Source: Pseudogymnoascus verrucosus
Lineage: Eukaryota
DNA length: 64,000 bases
Assembly: GCA_001662655.1 (NCBI GenBank)
Contig: KV460225.1
Reading direction: 5' to 3' (one strand)
Shown here one piece after another: positions 49,608-60,061 of this stretch; position 1 is the first letter of the stretch, and the number at the start of each line of letters is the position of its first letter. The notes under the pieces were generated by a model. It was not told the DNA's origin, did not search any database, and saw only the letters and a list, made by a program, of their open reading frames with translations. A program made the translations under genes and the position numbers.

Positions 49608-49840
49608 GGAAAGAACGATTACCAAGCAAAACCTCCATCGCACCTTCCTCAGAACTTTCAGGTCTTATATATGGAAGGAACGATTATAAATCAAGGCCAG
49701 TCGTAGCTTCCTTGGAAATTTTAGGTTTTATATATAGAAGGAACGATTATAAACCAAAACCGGTCGTAGCTTCCTCGAAACTTTTAGGTCTTATATATGG
49801 AAAGAACGATTATCAAGCAAGGCCGGTCGTAGCTTCCTCG
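49608..49840. repeat. 63-bp tandem minisatellite, ~3.7 copies
   Basis: Units start at 49608, 49673, 49736 and 49799 (65, 63, 63 bp). Consensus GGAARGAACGATTAYMAANCAARRCCRGTCGTAGCTTCCTCGRAAMTTTTAGGTCTTATATAT. Confidence 0.93.
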
Positions 49841-50537
49841 TGGGCTGTGTATTTTTACAAGACAACACGTTCGAGGCTAATGGTGAGAGTTGGATGCAGA
49901 AGATGAATAAATATCTAAATATGAGGAGTTATCTAAGGTCTTTATAGGGGGTTAAATATGAAACTCCGACATACATTGGTATAATGCGCAGTGAAATAAT
50001 ATAAGATACAACGGAAGCCACACACGGGTAACCACATACGGATAAGATGCCTCTCATACCTTAACTGCAGCAAGTTCAGGTGATATGTGCAGAATGTAAG
50101 CGGGAAATCCTGCGTAAAATTAAAAACGGGAGAATGTAATAGCAAGACTTTCGAGTTGAAAAATGGCCCGCCTCAAGTTGTAAATGCGCCATATATATGT
50201 AGTATGTAACCCCTATTTCAACTTGCCTCTGTACGTATATTAACATGATGAGCAGCAAAATGAGGGAAGGCCTAACCAGAGACACAGTGAACAGAGACAA
50301 GGAGGGTTATTCCGTATGCGCATGGAATAGGGGGGTCATACGTACAAGGATGGGGATAAAAGGGGGTTGGATATTGTTAACATTGAGTCACTTCTCATCA
50401 GAACAATCTCGTAAGAGTTGAAATATTCATAACTTGATATAATATAATATCTACTTCATCATAGCGTGGCTAGCAATTTTTTCAAATGTACAAAAAATAC
50501 AACATCTCCCGCTCCCTCCCCTATCCGCTCACTTTAT

Positions 50538-51920
50538 CTAAAAGCGGGCCAGAACCTTCGCCTCAGCCTCACCAAGCGCCCACGCGCTCTTCTGGTTCTT
50601 ACTCCTGACCTTCGAGGCCTGCTCAGCAGTGAATCCCTTCGCCACAACAGCTGGGTTGTAACCCAGACCGTTAATCTTTCCAACCTCCTCATCCGAGACC
50701 TTAGTTGCGGTCTGGCCATCGGCACGCTCGTACACAGTGACGACAGCAGCACCACCAAGGCCAAGGTTGTGCTGGAGGGCAACCTTGGTTCCAGAGGGGA
50801 CCAGACGGTTGTTAGCCCATCCACGAAGATGCCACACCAGCTCGGCGCACTGCGCGATACCAGAGGCACCAAGGGGGTGCCCCTTGGAAATGAGTCCTCC
50901 AGAGGGGTTGATGACGTACTTCCCGCCGTAGGTGATATCGCCGTTACGGACGAGCTCGTGGGCCTTGCCCTTCTCGGACAGGCCGAGGGCGTCAATGGTG
51001 ACCATCTCGTTAGCGGAGAAGCAGTCGTGGAGCTCAACGACTTGGACGTCAGCGGTGGTGCGGCCGGCCTGGCGGAGCGCAATCTCAGCAGCAGCCTTGC
51101 TCATATCGTAGCCCATCAGGTCGATGGAGCTCCTGTTGAACAAGCTGGGGGCATCAGTGGTGAGAGCCTGGCCGGCGATGAGGACAGCCTGGGAGCGGAG
51201 GTGAGGGCGGGAGTTGAGGAACTCCTCCGAGACGAGGACGGCGGCGGCTCCTCCATCAGAGGTAGGGCAGCACTGCAGCTTGGTGAGCGGGCCGAAGATG
51301 GTGGGCGAGTCGAGGATCTGCTGGCGCGTGTACACCTGCTGGAACTGGGAGTAAGGGTTGCGCTGGCTGTGCTCGTGGTTGACGCGAGCGATCTCGGCGA
51401 AGTCGTCGTTGGACGCACCGTACTTCTCCATGTACTCGATGCCGGCGTTGCCGAACATCTGGGCCGCGCCGGGGGCGTTGGTGACGCCGCGGGTCTCGGC
51501 CATCATCATGGCACTGGTGCCGGTGGGGTTCTCGCGGTCGTTCCAGAAGCTCTGGAGGGAGCCGGGGTTCATCTTCTCGAAGCCGATGACGAGGACGCAG
51601 TCAGCGCCGCCGTTGGAGATGACATCACGACCGATGTGGAGGCCGGTAGAGCCGGTGGAGCAGTTGTTGTTGACGTTGTATATGGGGATTTGGGTCATGC
51701 CGAACTGGTAGAAGACGCGCTGGCCGCAGGTGGAGTCACCGTAGCAGTAGCAGGCGACACCTTGGTCAACATCGTCGTAGCTGATCTGGGCGTCCAGCAT
51801 GGCTTTGACACCGGCCTCGAATCCGAGCTCGGTGTAGTCAACCTTTCCGCGGGGCTTGATGAACTTGGTCATGCCAACGCCGAGGACGTAGCATCTCTTG
51901 CTGGGGGCAGAGCGGACCAT
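50538..51920 (-). CDS. SCP-x-type 3-ketoacyl-CoA thiolase (nonspecific lipid-transfer protein thiolase domain), probably peroxisomal
   Basis: 460 aa intronless. YVLGVGMTKFIKP, catalytic NNNCSTGST, CCPTSDGGAA, ELHDCF, SKGHPLGASG and QHNLGLGGA; C-terminal -ARF is PTS1-like. No fused SCP2 domain. Confidence 0.93.
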   Translation of the reverse strand: MVRSAPSKRCYVLGVGMTKFIKPRGKVDYTELGFEAGVKAMLDAQISYDDVDQGVACYCYGDSTCGQRVFYQFGMTQIPIYNVNNNCSTGSTGLHIGRDVISNGGADCVLVIGFEKMNPGSLQSFWNDRENPTGTSAMMMAETRGVTNAPGAAQMFGNAGIEYMEKYGASNDDFAEIARVNHEHSQRNPYSQFQQVYTRQQILDSPTIFGPLTKLQCCPTSDGGAAAVLVSEEFLNSRPHLRSQAVLIAGQALTTDAPSLFNRSSIDLMGYDMSKAAAEIALRQAGRTTADVQVVELHDCFSANEMVTIDALGLSEKGKAHELVRNGDITYGGKYVINPSGGLISKGHPLGASGIAQCAELVWHLRGWANNRLVPSGTKVALQHNLGLGGAAVVTVYERADGQTATKVSDEEVGKINGLGYNPAVVAKGFTAEQASKVRSKNQKSAWALGEAEAKVLARF

Positions 51921-52150
51921 GGTTGCGGTTTAGGGGTGATGGAGGATGGGGAGAAGTGTTTGTGGTATTATTGTTTGGTCGGGTTTGAAGGAGAAATAGT
52001 TATTTAGGATTGGTATATAATGGTATGATCAAAAATGACGAACAGCGTCCCCTTTGCTACATAAATACCATAAGCTTAAGGCAATCTGATATCTGCCACG
52101 GCCGTTCGGTAACGTGGGGTCTCCATATTGCGGGGAATTTGGGGAAGTTG

Positions 52151-52434
52151 CCGAGGCTTGGTTAGACTGCCATTGTACATAGTAACCGCGACCGCCGGGT
52201 ATACTTGAGTAGCCTCGCTTCACATGCCTTTCTATTCGCCGCTGGTGGCACAACGCCGTCCGAGTGACGATTTATGCTGGATAAATAAAAATAAAATGTT
52301 TAAATCTATCGCAGAATGGTTAGCCGGTCCCATGGTCAGCTATGCCGTAGTCAGTACACAATCAGTAGTCACGTGATTTATATTCTTATTCAAGGTCTAT
52401 CTTCATATAAACACGCCACATGACATATCCGAGG
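52151..52434. promoter_or_regulatory. Candidate FarA/FarB-type fatty-acid response elements (CCGAGG x2) upstream of the thiolase
   Basis: CCGAGG at 52151-52156 and 52429-52434, about 230 and 510 bp upstream of the thiolase ATG. CCTCGG/CCGAGG is the known Aspergillus FarA/FarB core. Six-mer matches can occur by chance. Confidence 0.45.
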
Positions 52435-52558
52435 TATTATTAATCCATTGCCATGGAGTATTAAGTGAATACATCTAACCTCTAAAAACACAGTATATAC
52501 ACCCGAAAGATCTATCTTTGGCATTCGACATACCCTTCCGCTCTAACCGTTGGATCTA

Positions 52559-54759
52559 TCACTCAGATTTGGTCTTTCCATCGTCGGTTGTCAACGGCTC
52601 ACTTGGCGCCACGTTGTGCCTCGAGTACATCTTATACTCGTCGGAGTCCTTGAACGCCAGCTTTCCGCTCTCAACAGCCTTACGTGTAGCCGAAAGCTTC
52701 GATTTAGGGAGTCCCATGCTCTCCAGGAATTTCAAGCCTTGATTCACATGTTAGATCACTAATCGATAATAACTAATCATTAACTGAGGGGTAAGGGGGA
52801 CTCACTGTCAGTCCACTCCAGCTCCTGTCTCTTCTTGTCCCAGTTGAGCTCAGAGGCCATAACATCAATAACTTCCGGGAGCGCTTCGAGGGCGGCCTGG
52901 GCGTTGAGGAACGCCAGACGAGTGCGGCGAGCGATAACGTCGACGGCTGTCTGGGCATACTCGTGCCTAACGGCATAGCGAATCTCGCCATCGATGAAGG
53001 GGTATAGCGGGGACAATCTCTTGCCACGGACCGGGAACCTCTTCTCAGTGGGCTCGGAAAGGCCAGCAACGGTCCAGGCTCTGTCACCGTACGAACCAGT
53101 CAGGTGCTTCGCAACGTCGGTGTCGATGCCGTAGTGCTGAATCAGGTTGATAAACAGGGTCTTGGAGAAGCCGTGGGCGCCAATGAGTCTAACTTGATGA
53201 GTCTGGCAGGATCCATCAAGCGTTGCGCCATCGTCGATCTGGGTGCTTCCGCTGACGCATGGGGCGTTGAGAACGCGGGTTGGCTTCAGCTTGTAAGTGG
53301 TGATGGCTTCGTCAACGCACTCCTCGGCCATTTGACGGTAGGTAGTCCACTTTCCTCCAGCGCAGGTCAAGAGGCCAGATGCGGAGATATCGATGAGATG
53401 GTTACGGACGAGGGATTCGGTGTTCTTGGCCTTGGGGTCCTTGACGAGAGGGCGGATACCGGACCAAGCAGCGAGGACATCACCGCGTCTAACGTTGATG
53501 TCTGGGGCAAGGTAGTGACGGATCTCGGACAGAATCCAGTCGATCTCATCCTCACCAGCAATGGGGTTCTGCTGGATAGTAGTAGGGGCATCGGTGGTTC
53601 CGGCAATGGTGTTTCCCTGCCAAGGCAAGAAGAAGATAACTCTGCCATCAGAAGTCTTAGGGTCGATCAAGCCCATGTTCGACGGGCTGTAGTATCCGGG
53701 GAGCACGATGTGTACACCAGAGCTGGGGGCGACGATTTCCTTGATGCTGGGCTCGTCCATCTTACGGATGGAGTCGCAGAATGGGCCGGTTGCGTTGATA
53801 ATACCTCTCGCTCTAATAGTGAACTCCTCAGCCTTCTTGCCATCCTTCTCGCGGACAACGTCCTTGACGCGTGCACCGCAAAGCTGGCCATTGGCATCCT
53901 TGTTCAGTCCTGTCACTTCAAGATGGTTTACAACAGTCGCGCCGTACAGTGCTGCGGTCATAGCCAATGAGACGTTCATCCTCGAATCGTTATGCGCACC
54001 ATCGTAGTAGACCAGCGCACCAATGAGATCCGTCCTCTTCAGCATGGGGAAGGCATCAAGAGCCTTACTCCTCGTCAAGAAGTACGAGCTCTCAATTCCC
54101 TCGGACCCAGCCAAAAGATCGTAGGCCTTGGTTCCAGCCCAGTAGTATGGTGCCTTCCACCACTTGTCCAGCGGCAACATGATTGGGAGCCACGACGACA
54201 GATGGGGAGCGGTATCCAAGAAGTATTTGCGCTCGCGCAGAGCCTCCTTCACCAACTTGTACTGGTTATAATCCATCTCCCAGAACGCCTTCTCCAGGTA
54301 TCGCACACCACCGTGCACGAGCTTCGTGCTCTTGCTGCTGGTACCAGAGCTGAAGTCGTCCCTCTCGACAATCGCGACCTTCAATCCACGAGTTGCCGCG
54401 TCCAACGCAACACCGGCACCGGTCGCACCGCCACCAATGACGAGGAGATCGTAGATATCGTCATCTTGGGGTGTAGTGATGGCAACCTCGTCCACCACAG
54501 TCGGGTTTAATAATGCATTCTTGACTGCAGTTGATGTAGGTGTGAATATTCCTCCGCTCCTCTTCAGATCAGCGATCTGCTCGTCTCTCGACTTGACCTT
54601 GGGGAACCTCGGCGGGAGCTCTCCAGGCGGTGGCACTGCCGCCGGTTCGAGACCCGGGATGTTTCGTGGGCGATAGGTGTAGTATAGGACACCGCCACCG
54701 AGGACAGCAGCTCCAGATCCGTAGGCCGCAGCCCTCGTGATTCTCGACCTGAAGGCCAT
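52559..54759 (-). CDS. GUT2: Mitochondrial FAD-dependent glycerol-3-phosphate dehydrogenase, 710 aa; intron 52738-52805
   Basis: DLLVIGGGATGAGVALDAATRG, GTSSKSTKLVHGGVRYL, GGKWTTYR and DVIARRTRLAFLN. The last exon (SLKFLESMGL...) is joined through GTGAGT...CTAAC...AAG. Confidence 0.96.
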
Positions 54760-56001
54760 AATTATGGCGATATATTAGATGGGATGGAAGTTGAAAGGGT
54801 CGTTAATTCCCGTTTCAATTATCGGGAAGTTTAGGCCGAGGCTGGTAGAGCCAATTCTAATTCGAAATAGAAACCGGTTCTAGTTTGCGTCTCCACAAAC
54901 ACGTCACTGACTCGCCATGTGCTGGGGAATGGGCTATCCAATTTTCAATCCGGCGTCGGTGGAGGTATAAGTAAGGATGTGTAGAGTAGTGTATGAATAT
55001 CGCCTGTCGTTTCTCTTGCTAGGAGGGGCCAAGGGGAGAGAAAGCCGAATTCAAGCTATATATACGGTCAGCTCTGGACCCCTTTGTGATAATTCGATAG
55101 GTCGCCTTGCGTTGGACGAGAGAACAGAACGTGATAGTAGGGGCGCGGAGGAGATTGAATGTATACGTACGGACGGAGCACTTGTTACTCGTAGGATTAT
55201 CAGCAGCGATAGAAGGAATAGCAGGACCACAAATGCCCCTCTTTAAAAAACCTTTGATGATCACAGCCTCAGAGCTGGTCTCAGTGGGGACCACGCCATA
55301 TCTTATACCGTAGTGCGTCGTAGTGGCCCGGGTGAGGTTCGGTGGTGAGTCGATCGTTGCGCCCCGAAACAGGCACGGGCACCAACGAGGTCGGAGAGAA
55401 CGGAGAAAGTGTACTCCGGTACAAAAATTGACTGTTGCAGGTACATCGGGTGAAGATGGGAAATAGGGCAAAATTGTGGAAAATAGTGGAAATCCCGGCT
55501 GATGCTCAAGTACCGGAAGCTGCCCCAAGCTGTACCCTAGTACGAACATTTCATTGCAACCGGCCTCAAATAACCCGCCAATTACTCCACAGAGGAAAGA
55601 CATGAGGGGCCCGCCCCAGTTATAACCAGAACAACCAGCGATATTTTATCCGTACTCGGCGCTCAGGACATCAGCCGCCCATCCAATATTTTATATAAGC
55701 TTTTTATATCAAAATTATATCTGATATCTGACTCAGGCTGCGCCTCGATTATCAAAAAACAAAACCTAAGGGAGGGCGTAGGGGGGAGAAGTTAAGGGGT
55801 CGTGCTCCCTTGCATTGACCAGGTTTTGGGAGGCTCTGTTTAGAAAAAAATCAGCTCCTGATGACGTAGCGTGACGCATGTGAAAATATATTACGGAATA
55901 TCGCTGTGTGACTCGAATTCGTCCAAACAAAGTCTTTGGGCAATAGAGATGAGAAATAGAGTGAGTCTCTATTGTTGATAATATATTCCATTGAGTAAAT
56001 A

Positions 56002-56320
56002 CGTTTTAAGAGGTGTGGTTTTATATTGTACGCGGTGTTGTTGAATATACACAAAATATATCATAAAAATGAATTGAGTCATAAAATATTTAAATAAATA
56101 AATAAATATACACCTGAATAATCATTAAATATATATATATATCTATACCCCACGATATAATATTATATAAATCGTTCCCAAGACGTGGTTTTAGGTAGTA
56201 CGCAATGTAAACAAAATATCTCATAAAACGAATTGAGTCATAAAATATTTAAATAAATATACACGCGAATAAACATTCGCTCCCATATATCTATACTCCA
56301 CGATATAATATTATACATAT
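56002..56320. repeat. ~160-bp AT-rich tandem duplication at the 3' end of the PPR gene
   Basis: ACAAAATAT(A/C)TCATAAAA..GAATTGAGTCATAAAATATTTAAATAAATA...CTATAC(C/T)CCACGATATAATATTATA occurs at 56051 and 56211; upstream GTGGTTTTA..GTACGC is also shared. Confidence 0.9.
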
Positions 56321-56341
56321 ATACATACATACACCCACACA

Positions 56342-59029
56342 TCATACCTCCGATACCTCCTCCAACTTATACAAACGGCCATCGACAAGATTCTCAAGCC
56401 TCTTCAACCCGCTCGAAGCTTTCTTAAGACGTATCGACCTCTTACGGGCTAATTCCGGGTTTCCCTCCGCACTCCCGAGAAGGCGCTCAATCCTCGTCAC
56501 AATCTCGACTCTTTTCAACTCAACGCCGAGCAAAAAGTCCAGCATTTCACCGGTCTGAAACTCAGCACGGCGAAGGGAGCGTATGCCGTCAGTCGACGAA
56601 ATCGGACGCTGCGTATCTTCCTGCTCTTCCGACCCCCTATGAGGCTCCTGCGACCCTGCGATCCGCGGCATGGCTTCAGACTGCTGATCAAGCATCATAT
56701 GATGCTTGGATAGGCCCAGCTGGTCGCATATACTCTCGTCAATTTCCCAGCCCTCCTCCTTGGCACGGTCGTAGGAGTGCATGGCACCAGCCATGTTCTG
56801 CATTTGCAAATATCCCGTGATAAGAGTATTCCAGGTGATTTTGTTTGGATCCACGCCACGCCTCCTCATCATCGCCACAAGCTTCTCGGCAGCGCGGGGC
56901 TGACCTTGTGTCATGAACGCGTGCACCAGGATAGACCATGTCTGGACAGTTGGAGAGACCATCCGCTTCCGATCATTTGACTCGATATCCGTAGATTGCG
57001 CCTTTACCCCAGAAGCTTCGGCGCCAAGCATGTCCCCCAGGATCTGAGTTGAGAACGGCAGCGTATCTCTGTCTTTCCCCAAGGCCTTGATAAAGGCATT
57101 GAACACGTTAACTTCCGTGGCGACATTGACAAAATCAGGATGTCCAGCATCGACAAGACCCTTGAAACGGTTGTAGAATAGAGGTAGCTCAGATTGCTCG
57201 ACCCTGCAGCGTATCACAGTCGACACCATGAGAGACAGTGTCGCACAATCGGGGTGCATTCGTCTACCTTCAGCCTCAGGGGATAGTTTTCTGTCGAGAG
57301 TGAAGTATTCCGGTGCCAAGTCCTCGAGGGGAGATAGTTCAAAGTACGTGCTGTATAACAACACCATTCGCTGAAATAACGATTCAGATGAAGCTCGGGC
57401 TTCATCTCCACGTAGATTCCGCGCTTGATTTTCGTGCAAAAGCAGCATAGCATGTAGCAAGTCCGTTGCTACGTACTCGTTCCTAATATTATTCGCCTTA
57501 ACGCCATTCAAAATATTCTCCAATGCTTCTTGGTCCTTGCGCAATTTCGCATTATGCAGGAATATCGAGTATGTGTGATCCGAAGGCTCAATGTCGTTTT
57601 CTATGATCATATCATAAATCTTCCACGCAGTCTCGTGATCCCACGATTCAAAGGCATTGTGAGCCAGGATAGTGTAGAAGATGATACTTGGCCGGATGCC
57701 CCACTCGAGGAGGAGTGAATAGATATGCGATTCGGAATGGATTGCGTCTGGGTTTTGCTGGCTGCACCTCAAAAGTGTTGCGCAAATACTCGTAACTCGG
57801 GGCTCTGTAAAGTCTACTACCTTATCGCGATGCATCGACCCTAGTAACGTCACTGCCGAGTCCGTTGCTCCTCGTCGTGCCAAAAAATCGGCAAAATGCA
57901 GTCGCAGATTTGGATTGACCTCCTGGCCCCGTCGGCTCAACGTTTCAAGCAAAGTCTCTGCCTGAAGACGGTCCGCATGTTTGCAGATATGGTATATAGC
58001 GTAACTCGATATGCGGACTTTACTTGGTATAAACTTGGTAAGTAGATTGTTGATCGCTTCAAAAAGCACGGCAAAGTTCTTCGATGTGATAGGCGAACGG
58101 CTCTGGCGGTATAGGTGATACTCGACGATGTAGTCCAGACTGTCCTCTATACAAGCCCTATTGGGAAGCGGGTCGGCCAAAGTGGTAGCCACAAGGAATT
58201 TCAAGGCATCGTCTGGTCTCTTGCACAAGATGTCCAGCATTAGTCCCGGCCAGTAATTTCGCCGATATTTGCGAGGTATATTCTTCCACTCAAGCTGTAA
58301 ATCGTAGACATCCACACTTGGATCGAAGTTGGCAATCGATTCCATCTGTCGAGAGCGTTTCGAGCCATTGCCACCCTGCCTGCCTTGGTTTTCATTCCGC
58401 CTCTCTTCGAAGAAAACTTCCCAATGCCGACCGAGGTATTCTCTGCTCTCCTGTATATCTTTGTCCTTTCGATTTGCTTTCAAGAAGTCGTTTAACATGT
58501 TGAGATGCGTCTCGTTAAAATATGGCTCTGTAACATCCTCACGAGTGAGGTTGGAGGATTCATCTCGTCTTAGAGAGGTTTCGTCGGTGGTCTCTTGATG
58601 TAGATGCTTGAGGGTAGAGCGGTCTTGGCTGCTGCCAGCAATATCGCCTGTATAGGTTTGAGGGTACGATCTCCTATTATCAGCTGGTAATAGAGCTGGC
58701 AGCTTTGTTGATGTACGAGTTATTGTTGGCCCTCGTCGGCCATCGATCTGTTCATAGGAAGCCCCATATTGTGATTGAGGATGGCGAGTTCTGTCTCCCG
58801 AAGGGGGGGCTTGTCGGGCAGCAGCACTAACACTCGATGACTGGCCGTGACCGTTCAGAGGCTGTGCAATAGGACCCTCTAATCTTACACTGGCAGTGCT
58901 TTGAGCCCTCTGTCCTCGACGGCTTCTTGGCCATGCTTGCAGGAGTCGCGGTGCAAGAAACGGCAGGATGTTAAGATCAGCTAGCGACAAGCCTGCCCCC
59001 AACGGGCTATGACGGATTCTGGCTGGCAT
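56342..59029 (-). CDS. Pentatricopeptide-repeat (PPR) protein, probably a mitochondrial RNA-processing/translation factor
   Basis: 895 aa intronless. PPR-like units PSIIFYTILAHNAF...AWKIYDMIIENDIEPSDHTYSIFL and PTVQTWSILVHAFMTQGQPRAAEKLVAMMRRRGVDPNKITWNTLITGY; Arg-rich presequence-like N-terminus. Confidence 0.88.
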   Translation of the reverse strand: MPARIRHSPLGAGLSLADLNILPFLAPRLLQAWPRSRRGQRAQSTASVRLEGPIAQPLNGHGQSSSVSAAARQAPPSGDRTRHPQSQYGASYEQIDGRRGPTITRTSTKLPALLPADNRRSYPQTYTGDIAGSSQDRSTLKHLHQETTDETSLRRDESSNLTREDVTEPYFNETHLNMLNDFLKANRKDKDIQESREYLGRHWEVFFEERRNENQGRQGGNGSKRSRQMESIANFDPSVDVYDLQLEWKNIPRKYRRNYWPGLMLDILCKRPDDALKFLVATTLADPLPNRACIEDSLDYIVEYHLYRQSRSPITSKNFAVLFEAINNLLTKFIPSKVRISSYAIYHICKHADRLQAETLLETLSRRGQEVNPNLRLHFADFLARRGATDSAVTLLGSMHRDKVVDFTEPRVTSICATLLRCSQQNPDAIHSESHIYSLLLEWGIRPSIIFYTILAHNAFESWDHETAWKIYDMIIENDIEPSDHTYSIFLHNAKLRKDQEALENILNGVKANNIRNEYVATDLLHAMLLLHENQARNLRGDEARASSESLFQRMVLLYSTYFELSPLEDLAPEYFTLDRKLSPEAEGRRMHPDCATLSLMVSTVIRCRVEQSELPLFYNRFKGLVDAGHPDFVNVATEVNVFNAFIKALGKDRDTLPFSTQILGDMLGAEASGVKAQSTDIESNDRKRMVSPTVQTWSILVHAFMTQGQPRAAEKLVAMMRRRGVDPNKITWNTLITGYLQMQNMAGAMHSYDRAKEEGWEIDESICDQLGLSKHHMMLDQQSEAMPRIAGSQEPHRGSEEQEDTQRPISSTDGIRSLRRAEFQTGEMLDFLLGVELKRVEIVTRIERLLGSAEGNPELARKRSIRLKKASSGLKRLENLVDGRLYKLEEVSEV

Positions 59030-59297
59030 AAAATATTGAGCGACAAAGCATCATTCCATTCTTGTAGAGAGTTCGCTATGAGGTTCCCGGTGTTGATTCG
59101 TATTGCCGGTTGGGTTGAAGCCGTCAGTAAAGCGAGGCTAGAAATTCAAGGGACGTCGGCGGCAGAAATTAAGGTTTCCGCGCCGCGATTGGGGCGGCTT
59201 GGGAACCTTGAGGCTCTCTCTCCAAAATAAAATCCACACCACAACCCGCGCAACGCGACACAAAACAAACAGACAGGATTATTTAATAGTTCATATC

Positions 59298-59924
59298 ATG
59301 TCTGCGGCACACAGCTCACTTGGTGCTGCGGCCGATGAGCGCAAATCGCGCCTCGCAAAGCTCAAATCTCTGAAGCGCAAACAACCTAGCGACGAAGACG
59401 CAGCCCCAGCATCACCCCGCCGCTCACCCCCAGGGTCACCAGACGTCTCGAAGCTCCATCTGTCAGGGCGCAATTATGATCCGGAAACCAGAGGCCCGAA
59501 GCTTGGGTTTGAAGCACCGCCTACACTATCTCTTGAGAAGGATACTCTCGAACAGCAAGCAGCGGAGGTTGAGGCCGAGATACGCAAGAAAACGCAAGAG
59601 GAAGAGCAGGATGACAAGGGCGTTGATATCTTCAAATTACAGCCTAAGAAACCCAATTGGGATCTGAAGCGCGATCTGGACAAGAAGTTGGAGATCCTTA
59701 ATGTGCGAACCGACAACGCGATTGCGGCACTGGTCAGAGAGAGGATTGGGCAGGCTCAGAAAAATGCTGGCGATAAGCCTGGGGCTATTGCAGCAGCAGC
59801 AGCTGACCAAGGCGGGGATGAGATTGGTATGGAGGGTATCGCGCTTGTGGAGGGCGCCAGACTGCGCGAGCAGGAGGAGAAGCTAGAGGAACAGCGAGAA
59901 AAGGAGGACGAGATGATGGTGTAA
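59298..59924 (+). CDS. CWF18: Pre-mRNA splicing factor Cwf18 (CCDC12 family)
   Basis: AADERKSRLAKLKSLKRK, LSGRNYDPET and LQPKKPNWDLKRDLDKKLEILNVRTDNAIAALVRERI. ATG 59298. Confidence 0.92.
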   Translation: MSAAHSSLGAAADERKSRLAKLKSLKRKQPSDEDAAPASPRRSPPGSPDVSKLHLSGRNYDPETRGPKLGFEAPPTLSLEKDTLEQQAAEVEAEIRKKTQEEEQDDKGVDIFKLQPKKPNWDLKRDLDKKLEILNVRTDNAIAALVRERIGQAQKNAGDKPGAIAAAAADQGGDEIGMEGIALVEGARLREQEEKLEEQREKEDEMMV

Positions 59925-60061
59925 CTTCATGAGCGATGTATTATAGCATTTTCAGGCGTCACTGGCGGGGAATCATTGCACGGGGGGTCTGGCGTCTAAA
60001 GGTATATCATTGCACTATTGTGCTGCAAAGAAAGCTGCTGTGGAAGATTGCAATTAATTAT

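Noticed and set aside
49608..49840. CRISPR-like appearance of the periodic repeat
   Set aside because: Whole units are homologous with no unique spacers, there are no cas genes, and the DNA is eukaryotic.
50466..52007. 513-aa plus-strand ORF spanning the thiolase
   Set aside because: Antisense shadow of a highly codon-biased gene; no ATG start and no domain. The same applies to antisense ORFs over ACS, GUT2, PRM1 and THR1.
11699..54759. Acetyl-CoA-themed gene cluster (ACS, acetyltransferase-fold TF, thiolase, GUT2)
   Set aside because: The genes are spread over 43 kb among unrelated housekeeping genes, with no backbone enzyme or synteny evidence available.
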